NCBI GenBank assembly: GCA_963752285.1
Contig: CAVVXN010000003.1
Span: forward strand, 288,001-352,000
Direction of reading: 5' to 3'
Source: an uncultured Planctomycetota bacterium
GTDB taxonomy: Bacteria; Planctomycetota; PLA2; JAEUHO01
DNA: 64,000 bases
Under the pieces are notes generated by a model. It was not told where the DNA came from. It worked only from the letters and a program-made list of their open reading frames with translations, and made no database searches. Both the position numbers and the translations under genes were made by a program. Below are positions 9,728-20,133 of the stretch, piece after piece (position 1 is the first letter of the stretch; the number at the start of each line of letters is the position of its first letter).

Positions 9728-10591
9728 GTGAGCGCGGCCGTCCGTCGGGTCCCGATCTTCCAGCTCGACGCGTTCGCGCGCCGGCCGTTCGAGGGGAACC
9801 CCGCCGCGGTCTGCGTGCTCGAGCGGTGGCCGTCGGACGAGACGCTGCAACGGGTCGCGGCCGAGCAGAACCTCTCCGAGACGGCGTTCCTCGTGCGCGA
9901 GGGGCCGCGGTACCGCATCCGCTGGTTCACGCCGCGCGTCGAGGTGGACCTCTGCGGGCACGCGACGCTCGCGTCCGCGTGGGTGGTGCTCCACCACTTC
10001 GAGCCCGCGTGGCCGTCGGTCGAGCTCGAGAGCCGGAGCGGACCGCTCTTCGTGCTCCGCGACGGGGCCCGGCTCGTGCTCGACTTCCCCGCCCGCCCGG
10101 CCGGCCCGCTCCCCGCGCCCGACGACCTGGTTCACGCGATGGGGGGGCCCCGACCCGGCTCGAGCGCGGCCTCGACCCGCGACTGGCTCCTCGTGTACGC
10201 GAGCGAGGCCGAGGTACGTCGCCTCGCGCCGGACCCGCGCGCGCTCTCGCGTGCGGCGCCGCGCGGCGGCGTCATCGCGACCGCGCCCGGCGACGAGGTG
10301 GACTTCGTCTCGCGCTTCTTCGCCCCCGCCGTCGGCGTGGACGAGGACCCCGTGACCGGCTCCGCGCACACGGTCCTGGTCCCGTACTGGTCGCGGCGCC
10401 TCGCGCGTACGACGCTTCGGGCGCGACAGGTCTCCCCGCGCGGCGGCGACCTCTGGCTCGAGGACCGCGGTTCGCGGGTGCGGATCGGGGGGTACGTCGT
10501 GCCTTGGCTCGAGGGTACGATCGCGCTTCCGGAAGAAGGGGTGTCGAACGATGCCGACCCGGCCGAAGCTCCACACCTACGAGGGCCGTGA
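9728..10591 (+). CDS. PhzF family isomerase
   Basis: QLDAF...FEGNPAAV, NLSETAF, IRWFTP..EVDLCGHATLA and EDPVTGSAH motifs. Confidence 0.92.
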   Translation: MSAAVRRVPIFQLDAFARRPFEGNPAAVCVLERWPSDETLQRVAAEQNLSETAFLVREGPRYRIRWFTPRVEVDLCGHATLASAWVVLHHFEPAWPSVELESRSGPLFVLRDGARLVLDFPARPAGPLPAPDDLVHAMGGPRPGSSAASTRDWLLVYASEAEVRRLAPDPRALSRAAPRGGVIATAPGDEVDFVSRFFAPAVGVDEDPVTGSAHTVLVPYWSRRLARTTLRARQVSPRGGDLWLEDRGSRVRIGGYVVPWLEGTIALPEEGVSNDADPAEAPHLRGP

Positions 10592-11216
10592 CGTCGTCGT
10601 CTACTACGACCTCGGTCGGTGCATTCACGCCGCCGAGTGCACGCACGGGCTGCCCCGGGTCTTCGACACCGCGTCGCGACCCTGGGTCCAGCCCGACGAG
10701 GCCTCCGCCGACGAGGTCGCCGACGTCGTGATGCGCTGCCCCACGGGGGCGCTCACGTACGAGCGGAAGGACGGCGGGCCGCCGGAGACGGTCCCGGAGC
10801 CGAACGCGGTCGTCGTGGAGCGGGACGGCCCGCTGCTCCTGAGGGGCGACCTCGTGCTCGAGGACCCGTACGGCGAAGTGCTCCTCGAGACCACGCGAAT
10901 GGCTCTCTGCCGCTGCGGCCACACGCGCGCGACGCCGTTCTGCGACGGCAGCCACGCCGAGAGCGGCTTCACCGACCCGGCCCGGATCGTCGCCGTGACG
11001 TCCGAGGCGATCAACCAGACGCCGACCGACGGTCGCGTGTTCGTCGTGGCGAAGCCGAGCGGGCCGATGCTCCTCCGCGGCTCGTTCGACGTCGAGGGCG
11101 AGGTGGGGAAGATCGCGTTCCGCGAGGGGCGCGGGGCGTTCTGCCGTTGCGGTCACTCGAAGAACAAGCCGCTCTGCGACGGCTCGCACAAGGAAGCCGG
11201 CTTCCGCGCGCCGTGA
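10551..11216 (+). CDS. Fe-S protein: divergent 4Fe-4S monocluster (YjdI-like) domain plus two CDGSH domains
   Basis: CIHAAEC...CPTGAL, LCRCGHT...PFCDGSH and FCRCGHSKNKPLCDGSH motifs. Confidence 0.9.
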   Translation: MPTRPKLHTYEGRDVVVYYDLGRCIHAAECTHGLPRVFDTASRPWVQPDEASADEVADVVMRCPTGALTYERKDGGPPETVPEPNAVVVERDGPLLLRGDLVLEDPYGEVLLETTRMALCRCGHTRATPFCDGSHAESGFTDPARIVAVTSEAINQTPTDGRVFVVAKPSGPMLLRGSFDVEGEVGKIAFREGRGAFCRCGHSKNKPLCDGSHKEAGFRAP

Positions 11217-11249
11217 GGGCCGGCCCCGCCGCGCGCCGCGCGGCGCGTC

Positions 11250-14200
11250 TCAGCGGCCCTCGAACTTCTTCTTCAGCTCCTCGAGCTTGCGCTTCATCAG
11301 CTCTTCCGGCGACAGGTCCTCGGCCGGCGTCGTCGTCTCCTCGGACTGGTCGGGATCGAGACGGATCGTGCGCGGCGCGCCGCGGTCGAAGTCGCGCCCG
11401 CGACGGTCGAAGATGTCGCTGACGCCGCCGGGTCCGAACTTCCCCGGCCGGCTCGGGCCGCCGCGCTTCCGCCCGCCGCCCTGACCGCCCGACGTGGGCC
11501 GTCCGCCGCCTCGCGCGCCGCCCCGGCCGGCGGGGCGCCCCTCGCCGTCGCCGCGTCCGCGTCCGCGGTCGCCGCCGCGCCCGCGCGGTCCCTGCCCCTC
11601 GTGGCGGCCACCGCCGCGCGGCGCCTCGCCGTCCCGGCTCGGGAACCGGGAGACGCCTCCGCGCGGTCCGCCCCGCGGCCCCCCCCGCGACTCGAACACG
11701 CGGTCGCGGCGCATCGTCAGCGTGAGCCGGCGACGCTCGGGCACGACCTCGAGCACGCGCGCCTGCACCACGGCGCCCACGGGCGCGATCGTCGCCGGGT
11801 CGACGCCAGGGTGGTCGCCGATGTGGGCGGTCGGGACGAGCGCGTCGGTGCCCATGCCGACGTCCACGAACACGCCGAACGGCATGGCGCGGACGACGCG
11901 ACCCTCGAGGATCAACCCCGGCTGGAGCGTCGCGAGCGTGAGACCCGGAGGGGGCGGGATGGGCGTCGCGAACCGCGGGCGCGGGTCCTCGTGCCCGGCC
12001 GTCGCCTGGTAGAGCACGTACCTCAGGAGCGGGAGCGGCGCGTCGGGGGTCTCGAGCTCGCCGAGGCGCACCTGCGCTCGGAGGCCGGGCTCGCGGAAGA
12101 GCGCGTCCACGTCGGCGCCGACCTGCGTGGCCATCTTCTCGACGAGCGTGTACTGCTCGGGATGGAGCTGCGTCGTGTCGCGCGGGTCGTCCGCGTCGCC
12201 GAGGCGGAGGAACCCCACCGCCTGCTCGGCGACCGACGTCCCGACGCCGGGGACCGCGGCGAGCGCGGCCTTGTGACGCAGGGCTCCGTGCTCCGCGCGC
12301 CAGAGGTGGAACGCGGTCGCGGAGGCGCGGTCGAAGCCCGGGACGCGCGCGAGGAGGTCCACCGACGCATGGTTCGGGTCGATCCCGACGTACGCGACGC
12401 ACGACTGCACGGTCTCGTCGAGGAGCCTCCGCAACCGGCCCTGGTTGACCTCGTGCAGGTGGGGGCCGAGCGCGAGCGCCTTCGGGTCGATCGTGACGAG
12501 CTCCGCGAGCGGATCCTGGAACCGGCGGCCGAGCGACAGCGCGCCGCGGCACTCGGCGGGGACGACCGGACGCTCGTCGAGCTCGAGCGGGCCCTGCGAC
12601 TCGAGCACGTGGGTCCCGCCGTCGGGCACCACGGTGACGTCGATCGCCGGGTCCCGGCCGCGCGCCGCCTCCTCGGCCAGCGAGAGCGCCTCGCTGCGCC
12701 CGCCGCCCGAGCCGACGGCGATCGCGGTGACCTCGTACGTCTTGATCACGTCGCAAAGCTCTGCGAGGCAGGGCTCGCGTCCCGCGGTGCCCTCGTGGGG
12801 AAGCGTCCCGGAGCCCGAGGGCAGACCGTCCGCGTCGAGCGCGCACCACCGGTGCCCGTTCGTCACGTCCGGACGCAGGCCGAGAACGGCGCGGCGTCCG
12901 CCGACGGGGCCGAGCAGCCGGTGACGCAGGTTGCGCTCGAACGTCTCCAGCGCCGCGAGGTCGGCGCGCTGTTTCAGCTCGACGCGGATCTCGGCCTGGA
13001 AGAGGGGCTTCAGGATCCGGCGGTACCCGTCCTCGATCGCCGCGCGCAGGAACCCCGCGTGCGGGTGGTCGTCGGCGCACGCGCTCTGCTGGAGGATCTC
13101 GAGGACCGAAGTCTCGGTGGGCTCGATGGAGGTGGTGACGACCCGCTCCTTCTCCGCGCGGCGGAGCGCGAGGAACTTGAGCGGCTGTACCTGGGCGATC
13201 GGCGCCCGGTATCCGACGAGGGTCTTGTGCGGTCCCGGGTCGCCCTTCCGCTCCGAGCGGAGGCTCGTCTCGAGGACGGCCTCCTTGCGGAACGTCTTCC
13301 TCAAACGCGCCCTCACGTCGGCGCCGAGACACATCTCCTCGGCGAGGATGTCGCGCGCGCCCGCGATCGCGGCGTCGAGCGAGGCGGGCTCCTGGCCCTC
13401 CTTCACGAACGGCTTCGCGAGGTCGGAGAGCACGGTGCCCGGGGCGGCCTCGCGGATCGCCCGCGCGAGGCCTTCGAGGCCGAGCCCCCGCGCGACCGTC
13501 GCGCGTCCCGCGACCACGGGGAGGTGCGCGGCCGCGACGTCCTCCATGGCGGGGATCGTCGCCGCGCGCTCCAGCCGGTGCTCGGTCTTCTCGTCGAGCG
13601 CGCCGTGGCTGCGGAGCATCTCGCGAAGCTCGATGCGCCGCTCCTCCTCGCCCAGCGCCTCCTCCCAGCGCTCGCGAAGGGCGGCGAGACCGCGCTCGTC
13701 CATGCCGCCGGTCTCGACGCGACGGAACCGACCGGCGAAGACGATGCTCTTTCCGTCCGAGACGATGTCGAGCGCCGCCTTCGCCTGCTGGGGCTCGCGA
13801 TGGGCCTGCGCGAGCAGGCGCTCTTTCGTGCGCTCGCGCGCCTCGACGCGCTGCTCGAACGTCAGGGGAACCCGGTGCGGCTTCGGGGTCGGGCGGCGCT
13901 CCCGCCGCCGCTTCGCGCCACGATCCGAGGGCGCGGACGTCGGCGTCTCGCCCTCGGCCGGCGCGCTCGTCTCGACGTCGCCTCCACCCGCGCCTTCGTC
14001 GGAGTCCGTCGTGTCGGTCGACTCGTCGGCGTCGCCGTCCTCGTCCCTCGCGCCGGACGCGTCGTCGTCCGTCGTCCCCTCGTCCGAGGCGTCGGCGCCG
14101 TACGCGTCGCTCGCCGCGTCGTCGTCGTCGCCGCCGTGGTCATCGCTCGTCGTCTCGTGCTCGTCGGACGTCGAGGGCTCCTCGTCCACGGCGGGCTCCG

Positions 14201-14368
14201 ACGACTCGTCGGTCGTCGCCGCCTCGTTCCCGGCGCCGACCTCGGTCTCCGCTCCGCCTCCGTCTCCGTCTCGACGTCCACGACGGGCGTCGTCCCTTCG
14301 GGCGCGGGGTCGTCGCGCGCCGGAGTCTCCTCCGCGTCGGACGGTGCCGGGAACGAGGGATCGGACAT
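11250..14368 (-). CDS. tex: Tex-like (YhgF/Spt6-related) RNA-binding protein with a 1-nt frameshift near 14251
   Basis: Tex features GARDILAE, GALSLGRRFQDPLAELVTIDPK, HhH region (EQAVGFLR, LHPEQY) and a C-terminal S1 domain (PFGVFVDVG). The likely start MSDPSF (ATG 14368, GGAG RBS) lies in a different frame from the body. Confidence 0.8.
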
Positions 14369-14507
14369 GGGGGGCTCCACCGGGGGTGGGGGGGACCGGC
14401 GCGGGGCGCCGGAGGAGACCGACGTCGAGACCGAGGATTGCACCACACCCCCGGCCGGGGCTCAAGCCGACCCGCGGTGCTGCGGGCAAAACGTCACGAG
14501 CCCCGGT

Positions 14508-15338
14508 CTACAGGCCGGAGAACGTGCGCCGGAGGAACCCGATCGCGTCCGCCGCCGTCGCGGGCGCCGTGGCCGAGTGACGGCTCAGCTCGACCTCCAA
14601 CGGGCCCGAGAATCCCGTCTCCGCGACCGCCGCCGCCACCCGGCGAAAGTCGATCTCGCCGTCGCCGAACGCCCGGTGGTCGTGCACGCCGCGAACGTGG
14701 TCGTCCAGCTGGATCACGAGGAGGTCGGCGGCGTGGGCGCGCACGAGGTCGGCGGGATCGCCTTCGTCCATCGCGAGGACGTGGCCGACGTCGAGCGTCA
14801 GCCCGAGCGCCTCGTGTCCCACGGCGTCGCGGATCGGGGGCCACCCGTCCGTCCGCTCGACCGCCATGCCGGGCTCGGGCTCGAACCCCACGCGCACGCC
14901 GCGGCGTGCGGCGTGTTCCGAGAGCCGACGAAGGCCCTCCACGAGTCGGCGACGGGCTTCCGCGGGGTCGAGGCCTGCAGGTCCCGAGCCCGACCACACC
15001 GTGACGACCGGCGCGCCGAGGTCGTGGGCGAGGTCCGCGCATCGGAAGAGCAGTTCGAGACGTCGCGCCGCCTCGTGGGGCGGGTCGAGCAGCGAGGGCC
15101 GGTGCTTCCTCCGTGGATCGAGCACGAAGCGCGCGCCCGTCTCCACCACGATCTGTAGACCGCGCGCCTCGAGGAGGCGCCGGAAGCTCCGCACGTCGTC
15201 GCGCGAGGCGCGGAGCGGGTCGAGGTGGTGCACGTCGGGCGTCCACGCGACGCCGTCGTACCCGAGCTCGGCGAGGATGGTGACCGCGTCGTCGAGGCGG
15301 TGGAACGCGAAGCCGTTCGTGTTGTAGAAGAAGCCCAG
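14508..15338 (-). CDS. Sugar phosphate isomerase/epimerase (xylose isomerase-like TIM barrel) of the type seen in ebo-like clusters
   Basis: YNTNGFAFHRLDDA..ILAELGYDGVA, VETGARFVLDP, FEPEPGM, LDVGH and VELSRH motifs. The frame is open 5' of the GTG in the ORF track, and the start is probably CTG at 15338. Confidence 0.85.
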   Translation of the reverse strand: MGFFYNTNGFAFHRLDDAVTILAELGYDGVAWTPDVHHLDPLRASRDDVRSFRRLLEARGLQIVVETGARFVLDPRRKHRPSLLDPPHEAARRLELLFRCADLAHDLGAPVVTVWSGSGPAGLDPAEARRRLVEGLRRLSEHAARRGVRVGFEPEPGMAVERTDGWPPIRDAVGHEALGLTLDVGHVLAMDEGDPADLVRAHAADLLVIQLDDHVRGVHDHRAFGDGEIDFRRVAAAVAETGFSGPLEVELSRHSATAPATAADAIGFLRRTFSGL

Positions 15339-15351
15339 GGCGAGTCCGCGT

Positions 15352-15933
15352 TCAGCGGCGGCGCTGCTTCTGGATGTCGTGGAGCCGCGAGGTCGCGCGC
15401 CGGATCGTCTCGGCGTCCTGCCCGAGGTAGTGGTTCGCGACCTGCTCCTCGTCCCAGTCCTGGTTCGTGGGCATCTCGCCGAGGATGTCGTTGTAGCGGT
15501 CGAGGATCTGGTGGAAGACCTGCGCGGCCTCCTGGAGCTTGTCCTCCCAGACCTGGTCGTTGCCCTTGTCCTTGGCGGCGATCGCCTCGTCGTAGATCGC
15601 CTCGCCCTGCTTCGCGAGGTCCGGAGCCTCTTTCGCGAGCTCGGCCACCTCCGTGCGGATGTTGTCGGGCAGCGGGGGCGGGGGGAGCTTCGGCCGTTCC
15701 TGCGGGACGGTCGTCGTCGGGGGCGTGTTGGCGGCGTGCGGGTGGGCCATCACGTCGTCGGACGGCCGCTCGGTCTTCGTCTTGGACTTCTGGCCCGACA
15801 TCACGACGATCATCACGACCACCACGACGAGGACCACCACGACCGCGACGATCGTCGGACCCGCGCTCGACTTCCTCGGCGGCGCGTACCCCCCGCGCGA
15901 CGACGAACGGGCCGACCGGTAGCGCTGCGCCAT
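15352..15933 (-). CDS. Hypothetical single-pass membrane protein with helical C-terminal domain
   Basis: MAQRYRS... basic N-terminus, poly-Val TM helix, Pro-rich linker and a helical domain. Confidence 0.75.
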   Translation of the reverse strand: MAQRYRSARSSSRGGYAPPRKSSAGPTIVAVVVVLVVVVVMIVVMSGQKSKTKTERPSDDVMAHPHAANTPPTTTVPQERPKLPPPPLPDNIRTEVAELAKEAPDLAKQGEAIYDEAIAAKDKGNDQVWEDKLQEAAQVFHQILDRYNDILGEMPTNQDWDEEQVANHYLGQDAETIRRATSRLHDIQKQRRR

Positions 15934-16088
15934 GGCTCCACCTCGCAGGGGACTCGGGCTCGCCGGCGCGACGCCGCCTCGTCCGAGGGCCGTGTCCTCG
16001 GCCCGATGCGGGCCCGCGGGGCGGCCGGCCGTTGTAGCACGATCGGCGTGGAGCGGGTGCCGGCGAGGGAGGAGGGTACAAGGGCGCC

Positions 16089-17450
16089 GTGAAGCCCTCG
16101 CCGAGCGCCCGGGACCTGGCCCTGGACGTCCTCCTCGGGGAGGCGCGGGGCCACGGCTTCGTCCGCGACCTCCTCCCCGCCGCGCGCGCCCGGGCCGCCA
16201 GCCCACGCGAGCGTGCGCTCGTGACCGAGCTCGCGTACGGGGTCGTGCGCCGCCGCGCGACGCTGGATCGGATTCTCGCGGCGTCCTCCGCGCGCGGGCT
16301 GGACCGGGTGGACCGCGCGGTGCTCCAGGCGCTTCGCCTCGCGCTCTACCAGGTCGTGTTCCTCGACCGCGTGCCCGCGTACGCGGCCGTGGACCACGCG
16401 GTCGGCTGGGTCCGCCACCGGGTCGGTGCGCGCGCCGCCGGCTTCGTGAACGGCGTGCTCCGCGCGGCGACGCGCGCCGGCACCGGTCTCGCGACGGGCC
16501 CCGAGGACCCTCGGCGCGACGTGCCGCGCGAGGACGGATCGGCCGTCCGGCTCGACGCGCCGCTCTTCCCCGACCCGTCCTTCGACCTCGCCGAGAACCT
16601 CGCGCTCCGCTACGCGTGCCCGCGGTGGCTCGTCGAGCGGTGGCTCGCGCGCCTCGGCCTGCCGCGGACGCGGAGCGTCCTCGGCGCGGGCATCGGGACG
16701 CCGCCGCTGGCGCTTCGTGCCCGGCGCGACCCCGAGAAGCTCCTCCACGCCCTCGTCGCGGAGGGCGTGCCGGCGCGACCGGGTCCCGTGGCGAACGCGG
16801 TGCTCGTCGAAGCGGGCGGCGAGGCGAAGGCGCTTCGCCACGTCGGGAACGGCGAGGCGTGGGTGCAGGACGCGACGGCGCAACGCGTCGCGCCACTTCT
16901 CGACCCGACGCGCGAGGGACGCTGGCTCGACCTCTGCGCGGCGCCCGGAGGAAAGACGCTCCACCTGGCCGACCTGCTGCCGGGCCGCGGAACCATCGTG
17001 GCGTGCGACGTGGACGAGAGGAAGCTCGCGCGACTGGAACGCGTGCGCGCGTACGTGCCCGAGGGCGTGCGGCTCGAGACGCGGATCGTCCCCGCGGACG
17101 GTCCGCTCCCGTTCGACCGGGCGTCGTTCGACGGCGTGCTCGTGGACGCCCCCTGCACGAACACCGGCGTGCTGAGACGCCGCGTCGAGGCGCGCTGGCG
17201 GCTCGCGCCCGAGGACGTCCTCGCGCTCGCGCGCGTCCAGCGCGCCCTGCTCGACCGCGCGTGGCCCCTCGTGAGACCGGGGGGGCGCCTCGTGTACGCC
17301 ACCTGCTCGCTCGAGCCCGAGGAGAACCAGGAGACGGTCGCGAGCCTCACGGAGGCGCAGCCCGACGCGACGCTCCTCCGAAGCCTCGAGGTGCCGCCCG
17401 GCCGCGACCAGGACGGGGGCTTCGCCGCGGTGCTCGTCCGGGGGGGGTAG
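16089..17450 (+). CDS. rsmB: 16S rRNA m5C967 methyltransferase (RsmB/Sun)
   Basis: NusB-like N-terminus, VQD, LDLCAAPGGKT, VLVDAPCTNTG.LRR and VYATCSL.PEEN motifs. Confidence 0.92.
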   Translation: MKPSPSARDLALDVLLGEARGHGFVRDLLPAARARAASPRERALVTELAYGVVRRRATLDRILAASSARGLDRVDRAVLQALRLALYQVVFLDRVPAYAAVDHAVGWVRHRVGARAAGFVNGVLRAATRAGTGLATGPEDPRRDVPREDGSAVRLDAPLFPDPSFDLAENLALRYACPRWLVERWLARLGLPRTRSVLGAGIGTPPLALRARRDPEKLLHALVAEGVPARPGPVANAVLVEAGGEAKALRHVGNGEAWVQDATAQRVAPLLDPTREGRWLDLCAAPGGKTLHLADLLPGRGTIVACDVDERKLARLERVRAYVPEGVRLETRIVPADGPLPFDRASFDGVLVDAPCTNTGVLRRRVEARWRLAPEDVLALARVQRALLDRAWPLVRPGGRLVYATCSLEPEENQETVASLTEAQPDATLLRSLEVPPGRDQDGGFAAVLVRGG

Positions 17451-17785
17451 CGCGACCGGGGCGGCGACGCCCTCACGAGGGGGCCGCGCTCGTCGTGGCG
17501 CCGGCCCGCCCGCCGTCCCGGTGCGCCCGCGAGACGGCGGGGCACGCGCGCCGGGAGACCCGGTGGACGGGGAGGAGCCCGCGAGCCCGTGCCGCGCGGG
17601 GGGATCTCGTCCCGCGGGGGCTCCCGGCGCCCTCCGAGCCCGCCGGGTGCGCCGCACGTCCGAGAAGGGCGCATCCGAGGAGGTCCTCGCCGCTCCGGCG
17701 GAGGTGCGGGAACCGGCGCCGGCCGTTCCGGGTGAACGGGACGTCGTGTCCGATCCGCCGGACGGCGTCGAGCCCGGGACGCGCG

Positions 17786-18526
17786 TCAGAGCGCGGTGGT
17801 CGCGCCTCCGTCCACGAGCACGTCCGTGCCCGTCACGTAGGTGTTCGCGGCCGAGAGGAGGAACGCCGCGACGCGGCCCAGCTCCTCGGGCTCGGCGAGG
17901 CGCCCGAGCGCCGTCGCCTGCTTCATCGAGGCCACCACGCTCGGTCCGAGCTCGTGAAGGCGCGCGGTGTCCACGGGGCCGGGGAGGAGGTTGTTCACGA
18001 GGATGCCCGAGGGCCCGAGCTCCTGGGCCAGGCCCTTCGCGAGCGCCGTCAGGCCGGCCCGGAACGTGCTGCTGACGGTGAGCCCCGGGATCCACTGGCG
18101 GGCCGCGCTCGAGGTGACGGTCAGCACGCGCCCGAAGCGCCGCGCGCGCATGTGCGGCGCCGCCAATCGGACCTGGAGCAGCACGCTGCGCACGAGCGCG
18201 CGGTACCCGCGGTCCCAGGCATCGAGCGTCACCTCGTTCGGCGCGCCCGGCGCGGGGCCGCCCACGTTGTTCACGAGCGCGTCCACGCCTCCGACCCGGC
18301 CCCAGAGCGCCCGGACGGACGCCTCGTCGAGCAGGTCCACGGTCTCCCCGCGCACGCGGGGCGAGGTCGTCGAGAGGCGCGCCACGGCCGACGCCACGCG
18401 GTCCGGGTCCCGGCTCGCGACGATCACGGTCGCCCCCTCTCGGGCCAGACACGAGGCGATGCCGAGCCCGATCCCCGAGCTCCCGCCCGTGACGAGGGCC
18501 GTCCTGCCTTCGAGTCCGAGGTCCAT
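17786..18526 (-). CDS. SDR family oxidoreductase
   Basis: ALVTGGSSGIG, LVNNVGGP.PG and GILVNNLLPG motifs. The atypical SSTFR replaces YxxxK. Confidence 0.92.
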   Translation of the reverse strand: MDLGLEGRTALVTGGSSGIGLGIASCLAREGATVIVASRDPDRVASAVARLSTTSPRVRGETVDLLDEASVRALWGRVGGVDALVNNVGGPAPGAPNEVTLDAWDRGYRALVRSVLLQVRLAAPHMRARRFGRVLTVTSSAARQWIPGLTVSSTFRAGLTALAKGLAQELGPSGILVNNLLPGPVDTARLHELGPSVVASMKQATALGRLAEPEELGRVAAFLLSAANTYVTGTDVLVDGGATTAL

Positions 18527-18615
18527 GGCAGCCTCCCGCGCGTTCGCCGGCCCGCCTTCGAGACGCCGGTCTCCCGAATCCCGTCCCCGCCTGCCCCGCC
18601 GCGCACGATACGCCG

Positions 18616-20040
18616 GTGAGGACGCGCCGCGCGATCGTCGTCGGCTCCGGGCCGAACGGCCTCGCGGCCGCCGTCACCCTGGCCCGCGCCGGGGTCCGGG
18701 TCACCGTGTACGAGGCCCAGCCGACGATCGGCGGCGGCGTCCGCACGATGGAGCTGACGCGCCCCGGGTTTTGGCACGACGTCTGTTCCGCGATCCACCC
18801 GCTGGCCCTCGCGTCGCCCTTCTTCGCCGGTCTCGACCTCGCGCGCCGCGGCGTCGAGTGGGTCCAGCCCGAGGTGCCCCTCGCCCATCCGCTCGACGAC
18901 GGCGAGGCCGCGACGCTCCTCCGTTCCGTGGACGAGACCGCGGCGGGACTCCCGCCCGACGAGGACGCGTACCGGCGCCTCCTCGCCCCGCTCGTCCTAC
19001 GATCGGAGCGGCTCTTCGACGACCTGCTCCGGCCGCCGCTCCACGTGCCGCGGCACCCGGCCACGCTGCTCCGCTTCGCGCTTCGCGCGGGCGCCTCCGC
19101 GCGGACGATCGCCGACCGCGCGTTTCGCGGCGAGGCCGCCCGGGCCCTCCTCGCCGGGCTCGCCGCGCACGCGGTCCGGCCGCTCGACGACCTGCCGACC
19201 GGCGCGTTCGGCCTGATGCTGGCCGTCCTCGGTCACGCCGTGGGCTGGCCCTTCCCGCGCGGGGGCGCCGACCGGATCGCGCGCGCCCTCGTGGCGATCG
19301 TCGGCGAGCACGGCGGCGAGGTGGTCCTGAACGCGCCCGTCCGCGCGGTGACCGACCTCCCGCCCGCCGACGCGGTCCTGCTCGACCTCTCGCCGCGGGG
19401 CGTCGTGCGCGTCGCCGGCGACCTGCTCCCGCGGCGATACCGCGACCGTCTGCTCGCGTTCCGCCACGGTCCCGCCGCGTACAAGGTCGACTGGGCGCTC
19501 GGGGAACCGATCCCGTGGCGCGCGCCCGCGTGCCGGCGGGCCGGAACCGTCCACGTGGGCGGCACGTTCGAGGAGATCGCGCGGGCCGAGTCGGAGGTGG
19601 CGCGGGGGCGGCACCCCGAACGCCCGTTCGTCCTCGTCGCGCAGCACACGGTGTTCGACCCGAGCCGCGCGCCCGCCGGCCGTCACACGGGATGGGCGTA
19701 CTGCCACGTGCCGGCCGGGTCCACCTTCGACATGACCGCGCGCCTCGAGGCGCAGGTCGAGCGATTCGCGCCGGGCTTTCGCGACACGATCCTCGAGCGG
19801 AGCGTGCTCGGGCCCGCGGCGCTCGAGCGTCACGACGCGAACCACGTCGGCGGCGACGTCACCGGCGGCGCGGCGTCGCTTCGGCAGGTCCTCGCGCGGC
19901 CGGTCGCGAGCCCCGACCCCTACCGCACCCCGCGCCGGGGGCTCTATCTCTGCTCGAGCTCGACGCCGCCGGGCGCGGGCGTCCACGGCATGTGCGGGTA
20001 CCTCGCCGCGCGTTCCGCGCTCCGCAGGCTGGGGCGGTGA
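18616..20040 (+). CDS. Phytoene desaturase-like NAD(P)/FAD-dependent oxidoreductase
   Basis: VVGSGPNGLAAA, HDVCSAIHP and LYLCSSSTPPGAGVHGMCG motifs. Confidence 0.9.
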   Translation: MRTRRAIVVGSGPNGLAAAVTLARAGVRVTVYEAQPTIGGGVRTMELTRPGFWHDVCSAIHPLALASPFFAGLDLARRGVEWVQPEVPLAHPLDDGEAATLLRSVDETAAGLPPDEDAYRRLLAPLVLRSERLFDDLLRPPLHVPRHPATLLRFALRAGASARTIADRAFRGEAARALLAGLAAHAVRPLDDLPTGAFGLMLAVLGHAVGWPFPRGGADRIARALVAIVGEHGGEVVLNAPVRAVTDLPPADAVLLDLSPRGVVRVAGDLLPRRYRDRLLAFRHGPAAYKVDWALGEPIPWRAPACRRAGTVHVGGTFEEIARAESEVARGRHPERPFVLVAQHTVFDPSRAPAGRHTGWAYCHVPAGSTFDMTARLEAQVERFAPGFRDTILERSVLGPAALERHDANHVGGDVTGGAASLRQVLARPVASPDPYRTPRRGLYLCSSSTPPGAGVHGMCGYLAARSALRRLGR

Positions 20041-20133
20041 CGCGGCCGCCGCCGTCGAGCGGCCTCCTGCCGTGTCGTCCCGGGTCGGCGCCCCGGTCGT
20101 CGGCCGGATACGACGCCGCGGCGCGGCGTCCGG

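Noticed and set aside
10551..10591. 41-nt overlap of the PhzF and CDGSH genes as a frameshift or fusion
   Set aside because: Both proteins are complete, and the overlap is only a short non-conserved C-terminal extension.
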